The position numbers and the translations under genes are program-made. A stretch of DNA of 36,805 nucleotides from positions 1 through 36,805 of the IMG/VR virus record IMGVR_UViG_3300037882_000860; one strand, written 5' to 3'. Below, in pieces: positions 1 to 6,886 of the stretch. The DNA is from a virus. The notes under the pieces are model-generated. The model worked only from the letters and a program-made list of their open reading frames with translations. It did not search any database and had not been told where the DNA came from. The number at the start of each line of letters is the position of its first letter. The first letter of the stretch is position 1.

Positions 1-99
1 ACCACTGGCCGAAACACCTGAGCTTAACGATGTGTTTTGTGAGCGCTTGTTCAAATACGCAACTAAGCAGGCTGATAGCTACGATATTTTACCACAACA
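1..99. repeat. 99-bp block identical to 36707..36805 (circular closure or terminal redundancy overlap)
   Basis: Direct comparison: accactggccgaaacacctgagcttaacg...attttaccacaaca occurs at both window ends. An ORF reads through the junction in frame. Confidence 0.95.
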
Positions 100-148
100 T
101 AACGATGCTCTTGCGAATGCGTTTCGTTCATTAAAGGGGGCTGTATGA
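1..148 (+). CDS. 3' part of the wrap-around first early gene (continues 36504..36805); acidic hypothetical protein
   Basis: Frame is continuous with 36504..36805 across the 99-bp overlap. Ends ...SLKGAV with TGA at 146-148 inside the GGGGGCTGTATGA junction motif. Confidence 0.6.
   Translation, partial: PLAETPELNDVFCERLFKYATKQADSYDILPQHNDALANAFRSLKGAV
136..148 (+). repeat. junction motif GGGGGCTGTATGA, copy 1 of 3
   Basis: Exact 13-mer containing an SD-like G-run and an overlapping stop/start (ATGA). Confidence 0.9.
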
Positions 149-249
149 GATACTTAGACACCGAAATCCTAAGCTACGCCGTATTGGCTGCAATAGGCAC
201 TGGCTTATTCATAACCATATTCTTACCACTTATCTTGGGGGCTGTATGA
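145..249 (+). CDS. 34-aa hydrophobic mini-protein (single predicted TM)
   Basis: ATG at 145 overlaps the upstream TGA. Translation MRYLDTEILSYAVLAAIGTGLFITIFLPLILGAV. Below the 60-aa cut-off of the ORF track; translated by hand. Confidence 0.45.
   Translation: MRYLDTEILSYAVLAAIGTGLFITIFLPLILGAV
237..249 (+). repeat. junction motif GGGGGCTGTATGA, copy 2 of 3
   Basis: Exact 13-mer, same stop/start overlap. Confidence 0.9.
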
Positions 250-404
250 AAAAATACTACATTAAACCACTGAAGGCATATTTCTACATAATCACAAACC
301 CATTTAGAGCAAACAAGGTTTTGATTGAAAGTAACAAAATGGAGAATGAAATTGATTTTCTCGCCTCCTTTCATGGCAGAACATACACCATGGGGGCTGT
401 ATGA
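246..404 (+). CDS. 52-aa hypothetical protein
   Basis: ATG 246 in an ATGA overlap. Hand translation MKKYYIKPLKAYFYIITNPFRANKVLIESNKMENEIDFLASFHGRTYTMGAV, ending in the third junction motif. Confidence 0.45.
   Translation: MKKYYIKPLKAYFYIITNPFRANKVLIESNKMENEIDFLASFHGRTYTMGAV
392..404 (+). repeat. junction motif GGGGGCTGTATGA, copy 3 of 3
   Basis: Exact 13-mer. Confidence 0.9.
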
Positions 405-607
405 CCGATAATTACATAAGCGTACGCCACTGGGGATTGTTTCCAGATGTGGCGGAAGAGACTATCTCTAAAGGCGGAGACATGACCGCAAGCGAGTGTG
501 AGGCGTTCTCAAAGAAGCTTTCAAGTGCCGCGCTGCGCGATAAAAACAACTTCATCCAAGGCTACGAAGCGGCTTTCGGCCTGCACCTACTGGAGGGGGT
601 GAATTGA
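401..607 (+). CDS. 68-aa hypothetical early protein
   Basis: ORF track. ATG in an ATGA overlap with the upstream gene and a G-rich SD. Confidence 0.6.
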   Translation: MTDNYISVRHWGLFPDVAEETISKGGDMTASECEAFSKKLSSAALRDKNNFIQGYEAAFGLHLLEGVN

Positions 608-609
608 TG
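595..609 (+). repeat. junction motif GGGGGTGAATTGATG, copy 1 of 2
   Basis: Exact 15-mer carrying SD, stop TGA and next ATG (TGATG). Confidence 0.9.
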
Positions 610-849
610 GGCGATATAGGGGAATACTGGAGAGAACATAGGGAATATCGAAGCAAAAAGAGCTTGGAAAACTTTATGCAGGCTGATGTTTCGGGATGGA
701 ACCAATACTCAATCCTGCATTGGCATAGGGATTTACTAGGCGAAAGGTTGGAGTTTTGGCCTACCAAGAAAAAATGGAGATACAAGGGAAAAACCATGAC
801 TGGCAACGTTAATGAGTTTATAGCGAAAATTGAAAGGGGGGTGAATTGA
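607..849 (+). CDS. 80-aa hypothetical early protein
   Basis: ORF track 604..849. I prefer ATG at 607 (TGATG overlap) over the TTG at 604. Confidence 0.6.
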   Translation: MGDIGEYWREHREYRSKKSLENFMQADVSGWNQYSILHWHRDLLGERLEFWPTKKKWRYKGKTMTGNVNEFIAKIERGVN

Positions 850-851
850 TG
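837..851 (+). repeat. junction motif GGGGGTGAATTGATG, copy 2 of 2
   Basis: Exact 15-mer. Confidence 0.9.
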
Positions 852-1214
852 ACTAGATATTTTTATAGTTGCCCTTTAAAAAGCGCATTCATGGCGAAGT
901 ATTATGGGATGCAATTATACCTTCCCAGAAGGGGCGGTGTAAATGTGCTACTGACAATGCAAAGTGTGGCTAGCTTAGCCAAGCATGCAATTTATCCGAA
1001 TAAAAGAATACGTTTTTACATCCACCCCGATTCTCTATCGATTTTGGAGCCGAGGGATGATGATTGGGGGCAGGTAAACACACTCGTTGATTATGAAAGG
1101 TGTGATACTGTTGAAATCTATGTCGTTGCAAAGCATGACTTGAATGTATGTGGCGACTTCAAAATCATCCAACGCAACAACACGGCCTTCTTCTGGCCTG
1201 AGGTAGAACCATGA
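849..1214 (+). CDS. 121-aa hypothetical early protein
   Basis: ORF track 846..1214. ATG at 849 preferred (TGATG overlap). Confidence 0.6.
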   Translation: MTRYFYSCPLKSAFMAKYYGMQLYLPRRGGVNVLLTMQSVASLAKHAIYPNKRIRFYIHPDSLSILEPRDDDWGQVNTLVDYERCDTVEIYVVAKHDLNVCGDFKIIQRNNTAFFWPEVEP

Positions 1215-1357
1215 ACACCAAAGAACTAATCACCTTGCTTGAATACCTGCTTTACTGCCTCCGCGCCTATAACATTTCAGGCAGAGAACGCGAGGAAGCC
1301 ATTAAAGACGCGCGTAGGGCTATAAAAGCGCTTAGGGAGGGATTATGTCAGAAATAG
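1211..1357 (+). CDS. 48-aa hypothetical protein
   Basis: ATGA overlap with the upstream stop. Hand translation MNTKELITLLEYLLYCLRAYNISGREREEAIKDARRAIKALREGLCQK. Confidence 0.45.
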   Translation: MNTKELITLLEYLLYCLRAYNISGREREEAIKDARRAIKALREGLCQK

Positions 1358-1494
1358 ACCAAATCCCTCCAGAAACCCCTAAAAAGCGCATTCATATCAA
1401 AATTGATGAATCATTGCACCGTCACATCAAATCCGAAGCATCCAAACAGGGAATGACGCTTAAGGATTATATTATCGCTAAAATGAAACAATGA
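1345..1494 (+). CDS. 49-aa ribbon-helix-helix (Arc/CopG-like) DNA-binding protein
   Basis: SD GGGAGGGA upstream. Translation MSEIDQIPPETPKKRIHIKIDESLHRHIKSEASKQGMTLKDYIIAKMKQ has a beta-strand (IHIKID) plus two-helix RHH pattern. Confidence 0.5.
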   Translation: MSEIDQIPPETPKKRIHIKIDESLHRHIKSEASKQGMTLKDYIIAKMKQ

Positions 1495-1505
1495 AAACTG
1501 GACTT

Positions 1506-1567
1506 AGTCTCTAGCGCGTTGCGCTGCGCCAAGCTGCGCGAACGACGCTGAGACTACCAATTTTTTT
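1506..1567 (+). terminator. rho-independent terminator closing the first early operon
   Basis: Long GC-rich imperfect stem (AGTCTC.AGCG.CGTT.GCGC / GCGC.AACG.CGCT.GAGACT) followed by a T7 run at 1561-1567. Confidence 0.75.
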
Positions 1568-1672
1568 CGACTTTGTCAAGTGAAATAATACAACAACTTA
1601 CAGCTTTCTTACACAGGCGAAATAGTTAAAAAGTGTATCAAGTACAATCTATAAAATACAATAACATAGCAT

Positions 1673-1701
1673 GTGTGTCAAACCCATTTGACACACTTTT
1701 T
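1673..1701. terminator. hairpin GTGTGTCAAA-ccca-TTTGACACAC plus T5; likely bidirectional terminator between convergent units
   Basis: Perfect 10-bp stem seen directly. T-run on the plus side. Lies 30 nt beyond the stop of the minus-strand primase gene. Confidence 0.6.
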
Positions 1702-1729
1702 AACTACTTTTGCAAAATAAAATGGTTAA

Positions 1730-3547
1730 CTAGTTAACGAGCTTTCCATCACCAGAAAGCAAAAGCTCGCCTTGGGCAATCATCTCGCCAAGCATTCTGT
1801 TTATTGTGGCTGAGCTTCCCAAATCAAACCTACCGGCAAGAAGCTCACTCAACCCCCTGCGGGTATAAAAATCACCGCGCTCGATACCTGCGCGCACCTG
1901 TTCACAAACAACATGAACCTTGCGAGCGCGTTCATTATCATTTTTCTTGCCGGTGCTTTCATGCGCAACTCTAGATTGCTCTTTAGGTATGATAAGCCAA
2001 CGACCCTCAATTTTATCTAGGTGCATATTCGGTAGTGGCTTGCCATCACGAAGCTCAAAAGCCAGCACACGTTCGCTCACTTGTTCATCTGGGCGATACA
2101 TCATCATGCCAGTGTTATAAAACCCTCTCAAACTGGATGCTCCGCTAAAGGCAAGAAATGGGTCAATTGCCAATTCGTCTTTTGCGACCTTCTTTGTGTG
2201 ATGCGCCATAATAATACCGGCATCACCACCGCTATAGGCTCGCAGTGCCTCAACCCTGCCAACCAGAAACTTAATCATTTCGGCATTATCGTTTTCACTT
2301 TCACCATCGAAAACATTACGGAGCGGGTCGATAGCTATAATATCGCACCCACCCATAGCTTTAATAGCATTACCGACCTTGACCACACCATCAGCATCAA
2401 GCAACATGCGCATACGTGGGGTAATGACCATGTTGCCGCGCGCAACGTCTATGCTACGCCTTTCAATATCAACCTGCGCGATGCGCTCCTTAATGTAATG
2501 ATAGCCAATCTCTGCCTGAAGGTAGAACACCCGCAGCGGTCGTGCTGGCTTCATTCCCATAAATTCAACACCAGCTGCCATGTGCATAAGCCATGAAAGA
2601 ATGAAATCAGACTTTCCAACCTTTGGAGCGCCACCAAACAAACACATACCGTTTGGAACTAACACGCGGGGGGAAATAAGGTCATCGGGTGCTTTGGTTT
2701 TGTCATCTAGGTAATGAGCCAAGCTGAATGCCTCCACGCATTCCATAAGTAATGGTACAATATCACCAAGTTGGTCGTTGAAATCCCCAAGTGACCGTGG
2801 TATGACATAGCCAATGCCATACAAGTCTTTAATCTTCCGCGCTACGGCCTCTCCCTTGCCACTTTCGTCATTGTCAGCGGCGACAACAACCTTTGGTACG
2901 TCCTTAAAAACTTCCGCAACCTTCACCATGTTATCAGCATTAAAGCAGACAATCACGCGATATCCTGTCGCTTCATGAATCGAAGCTCCTGTTGCATAAC
3001 CCTCGCAAAGCACCACCCTGTCAGCGGTTCCTTCAATAATAAAATAACATCCAGATACACGGCCACCAGATTCGAATAGCTTTTCCCCACTTGTAATGCG
3101 CTGGAGATTCCATAGCTTTCCATCCTTATCACGCAAGGGGATCCAAAGAACACCGGCGCTATCAACCTTAACACCATGACCGCGCACACCCTTCCTTTGT
3201 AGGTATTCGCTTTCACCACCGCCCACAATGGCTTCCCACTTAGACGCACACTCACGCGCTACGCGCTCCCAGCCCTCAATCTTGCGTGCTTTTATGCGCT
3301 CACTATCAAGCCGCCATTTTTCACGCTTAGCATCATCTATAACCGCGCCCTTGTCGCTCCAAAAAATACCGTCTTCATCGGTTACACCCCAGCACCCATA
3401 TTTCCCAGCCTCACCACCTGCAAACTTAACAGCCCATGCGTTTTTCCCTGTCTTACCCTTAACGTGGAAGCGGTATAGCTCGCCATCATCAGGAATGTGG
3501 CCGACGTTAATCGCGCCCAAGTCTGCAAGCAGGGATTCAAGGGACAT
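1730..3547 (-). CDS. bifunctional DNA primase (Toprim) / RepA-DnaB-like replicative helicase
   Basis: Toprim motifs VVLCEGYATG ... VVVAADNDESGKG. Walker A GGAPKVGKS and Walker B-like DIIAIDPL in the C-terminal half. ATG at 3547 has SD GAGGTG; the TTG at 3559 in the track is probably not used. Confidence 0.85.
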   Translation of the reverse strand: MSLESLLADLGAINVGHIPDDGELYRFHVKGKTGKNAWAVKFAGGEAGKYGCWGVTDEDGIFWSDKGAVIDDAKREKWRLDSERIKARKIEGWERVARECASKWEAIVGGGESEYLQRKGVRGHGVKVDSAGVLWIPLRDKDGKLWNLQRITSGEKLFESGGRVSGCYFIIEGTADRVVLCEGYATGASIHEATGYRVIVCFNADNMVKVAEVFKDVPKVVVAADNDESGKGEAVARKIKDLYGIGYVIPRSLGDFNDQLGDIVPLLMECVEAFSLAHYLDDKTKAPDDLISPRVLVPNGMCLFGGAPKVGKSDFILSWLMHMAAGVEFMGMKPARPLRVFYLQAEIGYHYIKERIAQVDIERRSIDVARGNMVITPRMRMLLDADGVVKVGNAIKAMGGCDIIAIDPLRNVFDGESENDNAEMIKFLVGRVEALRAYSGGDAGIIMAHHTKKVAKDELAIDPFLAFSGASSLRGFYNTGMMMYRPDEQVSERVLAFELRDGKPLPNMHLDKIEGRWLIIPKEQSRVAHESTGKKNDNERARKVHVVCEQVRAGIERGDFYTRRGLSELLAGRFDLGSSATINRMLGEMIAQGELLLSGDGKLVN

Positions 3548-3548
3548 G

Positions 3549-3827
3549 CTACACCTCAATAGTGCGAATGTGATTCCAAAGATGGCGGTTATTGGCTATT
3601 TTGTAGTAGACATCCATCGGCACACGCTTTGCAGCCTGACACGTGTCATCTACTGGCAAACCATAAAAACAGATAAGCTTGTAAAGCGTTTCCATCTTTG
3701 GCTTTTCAATCTTTCCAAGTTCTATGTAGTGAAGATGGCTTTGGCTTATTTTCATCAAATCAGCAGCCTCTTTAATGCTAAGACCCCTGTCTTTCCTTTG
3801 TTTTTTAATTGTTTTTCCAAACTGCAT
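3549..3827 (-). CDS. XRE-family helix-turn-helix regulator (92 aa), co-transcribed with the primase-helicase
   Basis: MQFGKTIKKQRKDRGLSIKEAADLMKISQSHLHYIELGK is a classic HTH_3 pattern. SD AAGGAG lies before ATG 3827. Its stop overlaps the SD of the primase gene. Confidence 0.8.
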   Translation of the reverse strand: MQFGKTIKKQRKDRGLSIKEAADLMKISQSHLHYIELGKIEKPKMETLYKLICFYGLPVDDTCQAAKRVPMDVYYKIANNRHLWNHIRTIEV

Positions 3828-3917
3828 ATTTTTTCTCCTTTGTGTGATTTTGTTCTTGACGTAGAATAAATGGCATATTATACCTAGTCGTGTCAACAAC
3901 AAAAAGGAGACCACCAA
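3828..3917. promoter_or_regulatory. divergent control region between the HTH gene and gene 3918
   Basis: Plus strand: TTGACG (3856-3861) then an AT-rich TATTATAC block. Minus strand reads a perfect TATAAT over the same block (3877-3882). Motif TAGTCGTGT at 3885-3893. Confidence 0.5.
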
Positions 3918-4538
3918 ATGAAGGGAAACATTTTAATTAAAGAGGCTTCTGTTTCAACGCTATCTGTTGAGATTAAAGCTATACACATAAACAATAGGCA
4001 GCTTACGCTTTCTATTTTTAAGCAAATTCCAGAAGAGTCAATTCTTGATGCAAACTATGAAATCAAGGGCGTGGTTTGGGGGAGAGTGAATTATTTTTGG
4101 AAGGATGCGGAACAAAAACGCGACAGCACAATTCATATTGTTTGGTCAAATGGAAGTGAGCTTAGAAGGTCTAGGGTGACAAAATGGCCATTAGAAGAGT
4201 TTTACGGTCAAACTAAATTCTACCATTATTCAGATAACAAGAAAGATATTGAATCCTATATTAATATTCTGAAAGAAAAATCCTCTACCTTTGTACCACA
4301 CCCCATCTCTTATTTGGAAGAGAAGCATGGTGTGCATTATGGGTATGTTTATGGCGATGAAGAAAAACTTAAAAGAGAAAGTGTGCACAAGGTATTTATA
4401 GAAAGCGCCAGACTTGATTTAATAGAACAAGAAAAGAAAATTTTACTGGAAAAAGCTATTGGTGAAGCCAATTACAAAAAAAATTCAGACGCTTATCAGG
4501 TATTTCTAAATTCACCCCAACTTTATATAGCGGCATAA
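3918..4538 (+). CDS. 206-aa hypothetical protein (AT-rich orphan)
   Basis: ORF track, SD AAGGAGA. No motif I can recognise. Confidence 0.7.
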   Translation: MKGNILIKEASVSTLSVEIKAIHINNRQLTLSIFKQIPEESILDANYEIKGVVWGRVNYFWKDAEQKRDSTIHIVWSNGSELRRSRVTKWPLEEFYGQTKFYHYSDNKKDIESYINILKEKSSTFVPHPISYLEEKHGVHYGYVYGDEEKLKRESVHKVFIESARLDLIEQEKKILLEKAIGEANYKKNSDAYQVFLNSPQLYIAA

Positions 4539-4539
4539 T

Positions 4540-4698
4540 ATGGAAGAGACATTGAGACGAATAGAACAACATCTTGAGGGCATTTATTACAATGTCGAAG
4601 CTATTAGCGAAGTCTTGCTAAGAGCAACGCAAGCGAAAGAACTCAAGATAACGCCAGAAGATAGTAATGTAATAAAGGTAGAATTCAATGACATATAG
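4540..4698 (+). CDS. 52-aa hypothetical protein
   Basis: ATG 1 nt after the upstream TAA. Hand translation MEETLRRIEQHLEGIYYNVEAISEVLLRATQAKELKITPEDSNVIKVEFNDI. Confidence 0.4.
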   Translation: MEETLRRIEQHLEGIYYNVEAISEVLLRATQAKELKITPEDSNVIKVEFNDI

Positions 4699-5068
4699 CG
4701 AAGAAGAACACCTTTTAATCGACATGCTTATTGGTACACGCAATAGTTTGGAGCGTGCAAAGAGTAATGTGAAAGCAGCACAGGACGTGCAGCAATCATT
4801 TGAAAAGCAACTCGCCGATGTTGAGCAAGCTTTGGTCGATTATTGCACAGCGAATGGTGTGATTCAGTTTTCGTGTGGCAATCACAGAATATTTTTAGGC
4901 AAAAGCGAGAGTGTTGACATACCAAACGTTGAGGCTGTGCCAGAAGAATATACCAGAATCAAGCGCGAGCCTGATAAAATGAAAATCAAGAATACCAGAC
5001 CTGAAGGGGCGAACTGGTACACAATAAAAGAGTCCAACCACATTACATTAAGGAGTAAAACTTTATGA
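4688..5068 (+). CDS. Gp157-like (Sipho_Gp157 family) recombination-associated protein
   Basis: N-terminal coiled coil plus C-terminal ...VDIPNVEAVPEEYTRIKREPDKMKIK...GA... pattern. Sits immediately upstream of an AAA_24 ATPase, as is typical for this family. Confidence 0.55.
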   Translation: MTYSEEEHLLIDMLIGTRNSLERAKSNVKAAQDVQQSFEKQLADVEQALVDYCTANGVIQFSCGNHRIFLGKSESVDIPNVEAVPEEYTRIKREPDKMKIKNTRPEGANWYTIKESNHITLRSKTL

Positions 5069-5802
5069 CTGAGTTCACCGAAACAGCCGCTGGAGAATCG
5101 AAAGAGCTACCAGCGAAAATGGTAATCTATGGAGTACCAAAGATTGGTAAAAGCAGATTTGCTGCACAAGCGGACGATGTGTTTTTTATTAATATCGAAG
5201 GCGGCCTTGACTATCTACCAAATAGGGTGCGCGCCACCCCAAAACTAAACACCTATGATGAGGTGCTTGGATGGTTAAAATATATCTATGAATCGCCAGA
5301 CTTCAAGTGTGGAACCATCGCGGTTGATTCACTTGATTGGTTGGAGACGCTGGCACAACAAAGGCTATGCAAGCAATACAACGCCAAATCAATTACAGAC
5401 CCAGCAGTCAAGGACTTTGCGTATTTCCGTGGCGTAGTAGTGGCATCAGAAGACGCTGCCAAGCTAATGACATGGTTGGATGCAATCTATAAGAAGAAGG
5501 GCATCAAGGCTATTGTCATTGCACACAGCCAGATTAAAGAAGTGGATTTACCAACCAAAGACCCATTCCAACGTAACGAATTGAAGCTATCTAAGCAGCT
5601 TGCGGCGCGTGTAGCTGAATGGGCTGATTTATTACTCTTTGCTGATTATAGTTTTCATGTAACCAGTGAGGGAAAGACATCCGAGCAAAAAGCAGTGCTT
5701 TATGCTGGAGGTAGCCCAAGTTTCGTGGGCGGGGGGCGTATGCAACTGAAAAACGAAATACCTATCGACTATAAACTATTAACCAAGGAGATAACGAAAT
5801 GA
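5065..5802 (+). CDS. AAA_24 / Sak4-like RecA-fold ATPase
   Basis: Walker A VIYGVPKIGKS. Size and context (followed by a DUF669-like gene and a helicase). Confidence 0.7.
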   Translation: MTEFTETAAGESKELPAKMVIYGVPKIGKSRFAAQADDVFFINIEGGLDYLPNRVRATPKLNTYDEVLGWLKYIYESPDFKCGTIAVDSLDWLETLAQQRLCKQYNAKSITDPAVKDFAYFRGVVVASEDAAKLMTWLDAIYKKKGIKAIVIAHSQIKEVDLPTKDPFQRNELKLSKQLAARVAEWADLLLFADYSFHVTSEGKTSEQKAVLYAGGSPSFVGGGRMQLKNEIPIDYKLLTKEITK

Positions 5803-6191
5803 CTAATTACTATGGGTTTGACTCAACCGATGATGTTCCAGAAGAAAAAACTGGCCTACCAGTCGGCACATATAAAGTAATGGCAGTTTCAGAAGACAAG
5901 GACGAAAAAGGCAACGGCCTAATTGTCGAGTATGAAATTGTTTCTGGAGAAAACAAGGGAAGAAAGGCTAGGGTTTGGTACAACACCCTACACCAAAACC
6001 AGCAAACAGCCAATATAGCGAAAGCTACGCTAAAGCGCATAGCCGACGCTACTGGAAAACCAATTACACCAGCCTCTCCGATTAAGGGGAGAGTTATGAC
6101 AGTTGTGGTTGCCGAGCAGAAGAAAAACCCCCAATATACAGAGGTTAAAAAATATCTTTCTGAAAGCTACAAAGAAGATTATTTGCCATAA
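5799..6191 (+). CDS. DUF669-like protein (putative ssDNA-binding partner of the AAA_24 ATPase)
   Basis: LPVGTYKVMAV...IVEYEIVSGENKGRKARVWY pattern and conserved position after AAA_24. Confidence 0.55.
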   Translation: MTNYYGFDSTDDVPEEKTGLPVGTYKVMAVSEDKDEKGNGLIVEYEIVSGENKGRKARVWYNTLHQNQQTANIAKATLKRIADATGKPITPASPIKGRVMTVVVAEQKKNPQYTEVKKYLSESYKEDYLP

Positions 6192-6250
6192 TTTGCTTGA
6201 CACAACATCAATACCCCCGCAAGATGCGTAAAACATTTTCGGGGGTATTT

Positions 6251-6886
6251 ATGCGAGGCGGTCACAATTTTGTTGATATAACGGGATATAGATACAGTTT
6301 TCTAACTGTTATAAAAATACATAAAAAAGAAAAATACGGAGTGTACTGGTTATGCAGGTGTGATTGCGGACAATGCAAGACAATTCTTGGACAGCATTTG
6401 AAGTCAAAAAAAACTCAATCATGTGGTTGCCATAGAAAAAAGTCTGCATCGGAAAATAATTTTATTCATGGACATTCGTTGACTGGGAAAACTCAAACAA
6501 AAGAATATAAAAGCTGGCTTGACATGAAGGCGCGATGCGCAAACAAAAAAAACAGATTCTATCCCAATTATGGGGGAAGAGGGATAATGGTTTGCGATAG
6601 ATGGCTTAATTCATTTGAGAACTTTCTAAGCGATATGGGTAAAAAACCTAACGAAAGCTATACCCTAGATAGAATGAATAACAATGGAAACTACGAACCC
6701 TCTAATTGCAGGTGGGCAACAAGAAAAGAACAAAATCGAAACACGCGCAGTAACAAAATGCTTACTAAAAATGGAACAACAAAATCAATGGCCGAATGGT
6801 CAGAAATTTTAGGGATTAATTACTCAACAATTAGAGCTAGAAAACGCAGAGGATTTAGCGATGAGCAAGCCCTTATACCAGCTTAG
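6251..6886 (+). CDS. HNH-type (homing-like) endonuclease
   Basis: CRCDCGQC...SCGC zinc cluster, then LDRMNNNGNYEPSNCRWATRKEQNRN. The start in the track (6197) is a TTG inside a TTGACA hexamer; ATG 6251 preferred. Confidence 0.65.
   Translation: MRGGHNFVDITGYRYSFLTVIKIHKKEKYGVYWLCRCDCGQCKTILGQHLKSKKTQSCGCHRKKSASENNFIHGHSLTGKTQTKEYKSWLDMKARCANKKNRFYPNYGGRGIMVCDRWLNSFENFLSDMGKKPNESYTLDRMNNNGNYEPSNCRWATRKEQNRNTRSNKMLTKNGTTKSMAEWSEILGINYSTIRARKRRGFSDEQALIPA

Noticed and set aside
2081-2596. 171-aa plus-strand ORF (with 1920..2120 and 2953..3255 on either strand) inside the primase-helicase gene
   Set aside because: Antisense or out-of-frame to a gene with clear Toprim and Walker motifs. The translations have no motifs and odd composition.
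3228-3869. 213-aa plus-strand ORF spanning the primase 5' end and the HTH gene
   Set aside because: Antisense to two well-supported genes. Ser/Pro/Leu-rich, low-complexity translation.
3828-3917. N-terminal 30-codon extension of the HTH ORF (track start 3917)
   Set aside because: The extension (MVVSFLLLTRLGIICHLFYVKNKITQRRKN) runs through the promoter region. The internal ATG at 3827 has a good AAGGAG SD and gives a standard-length XRE protein.
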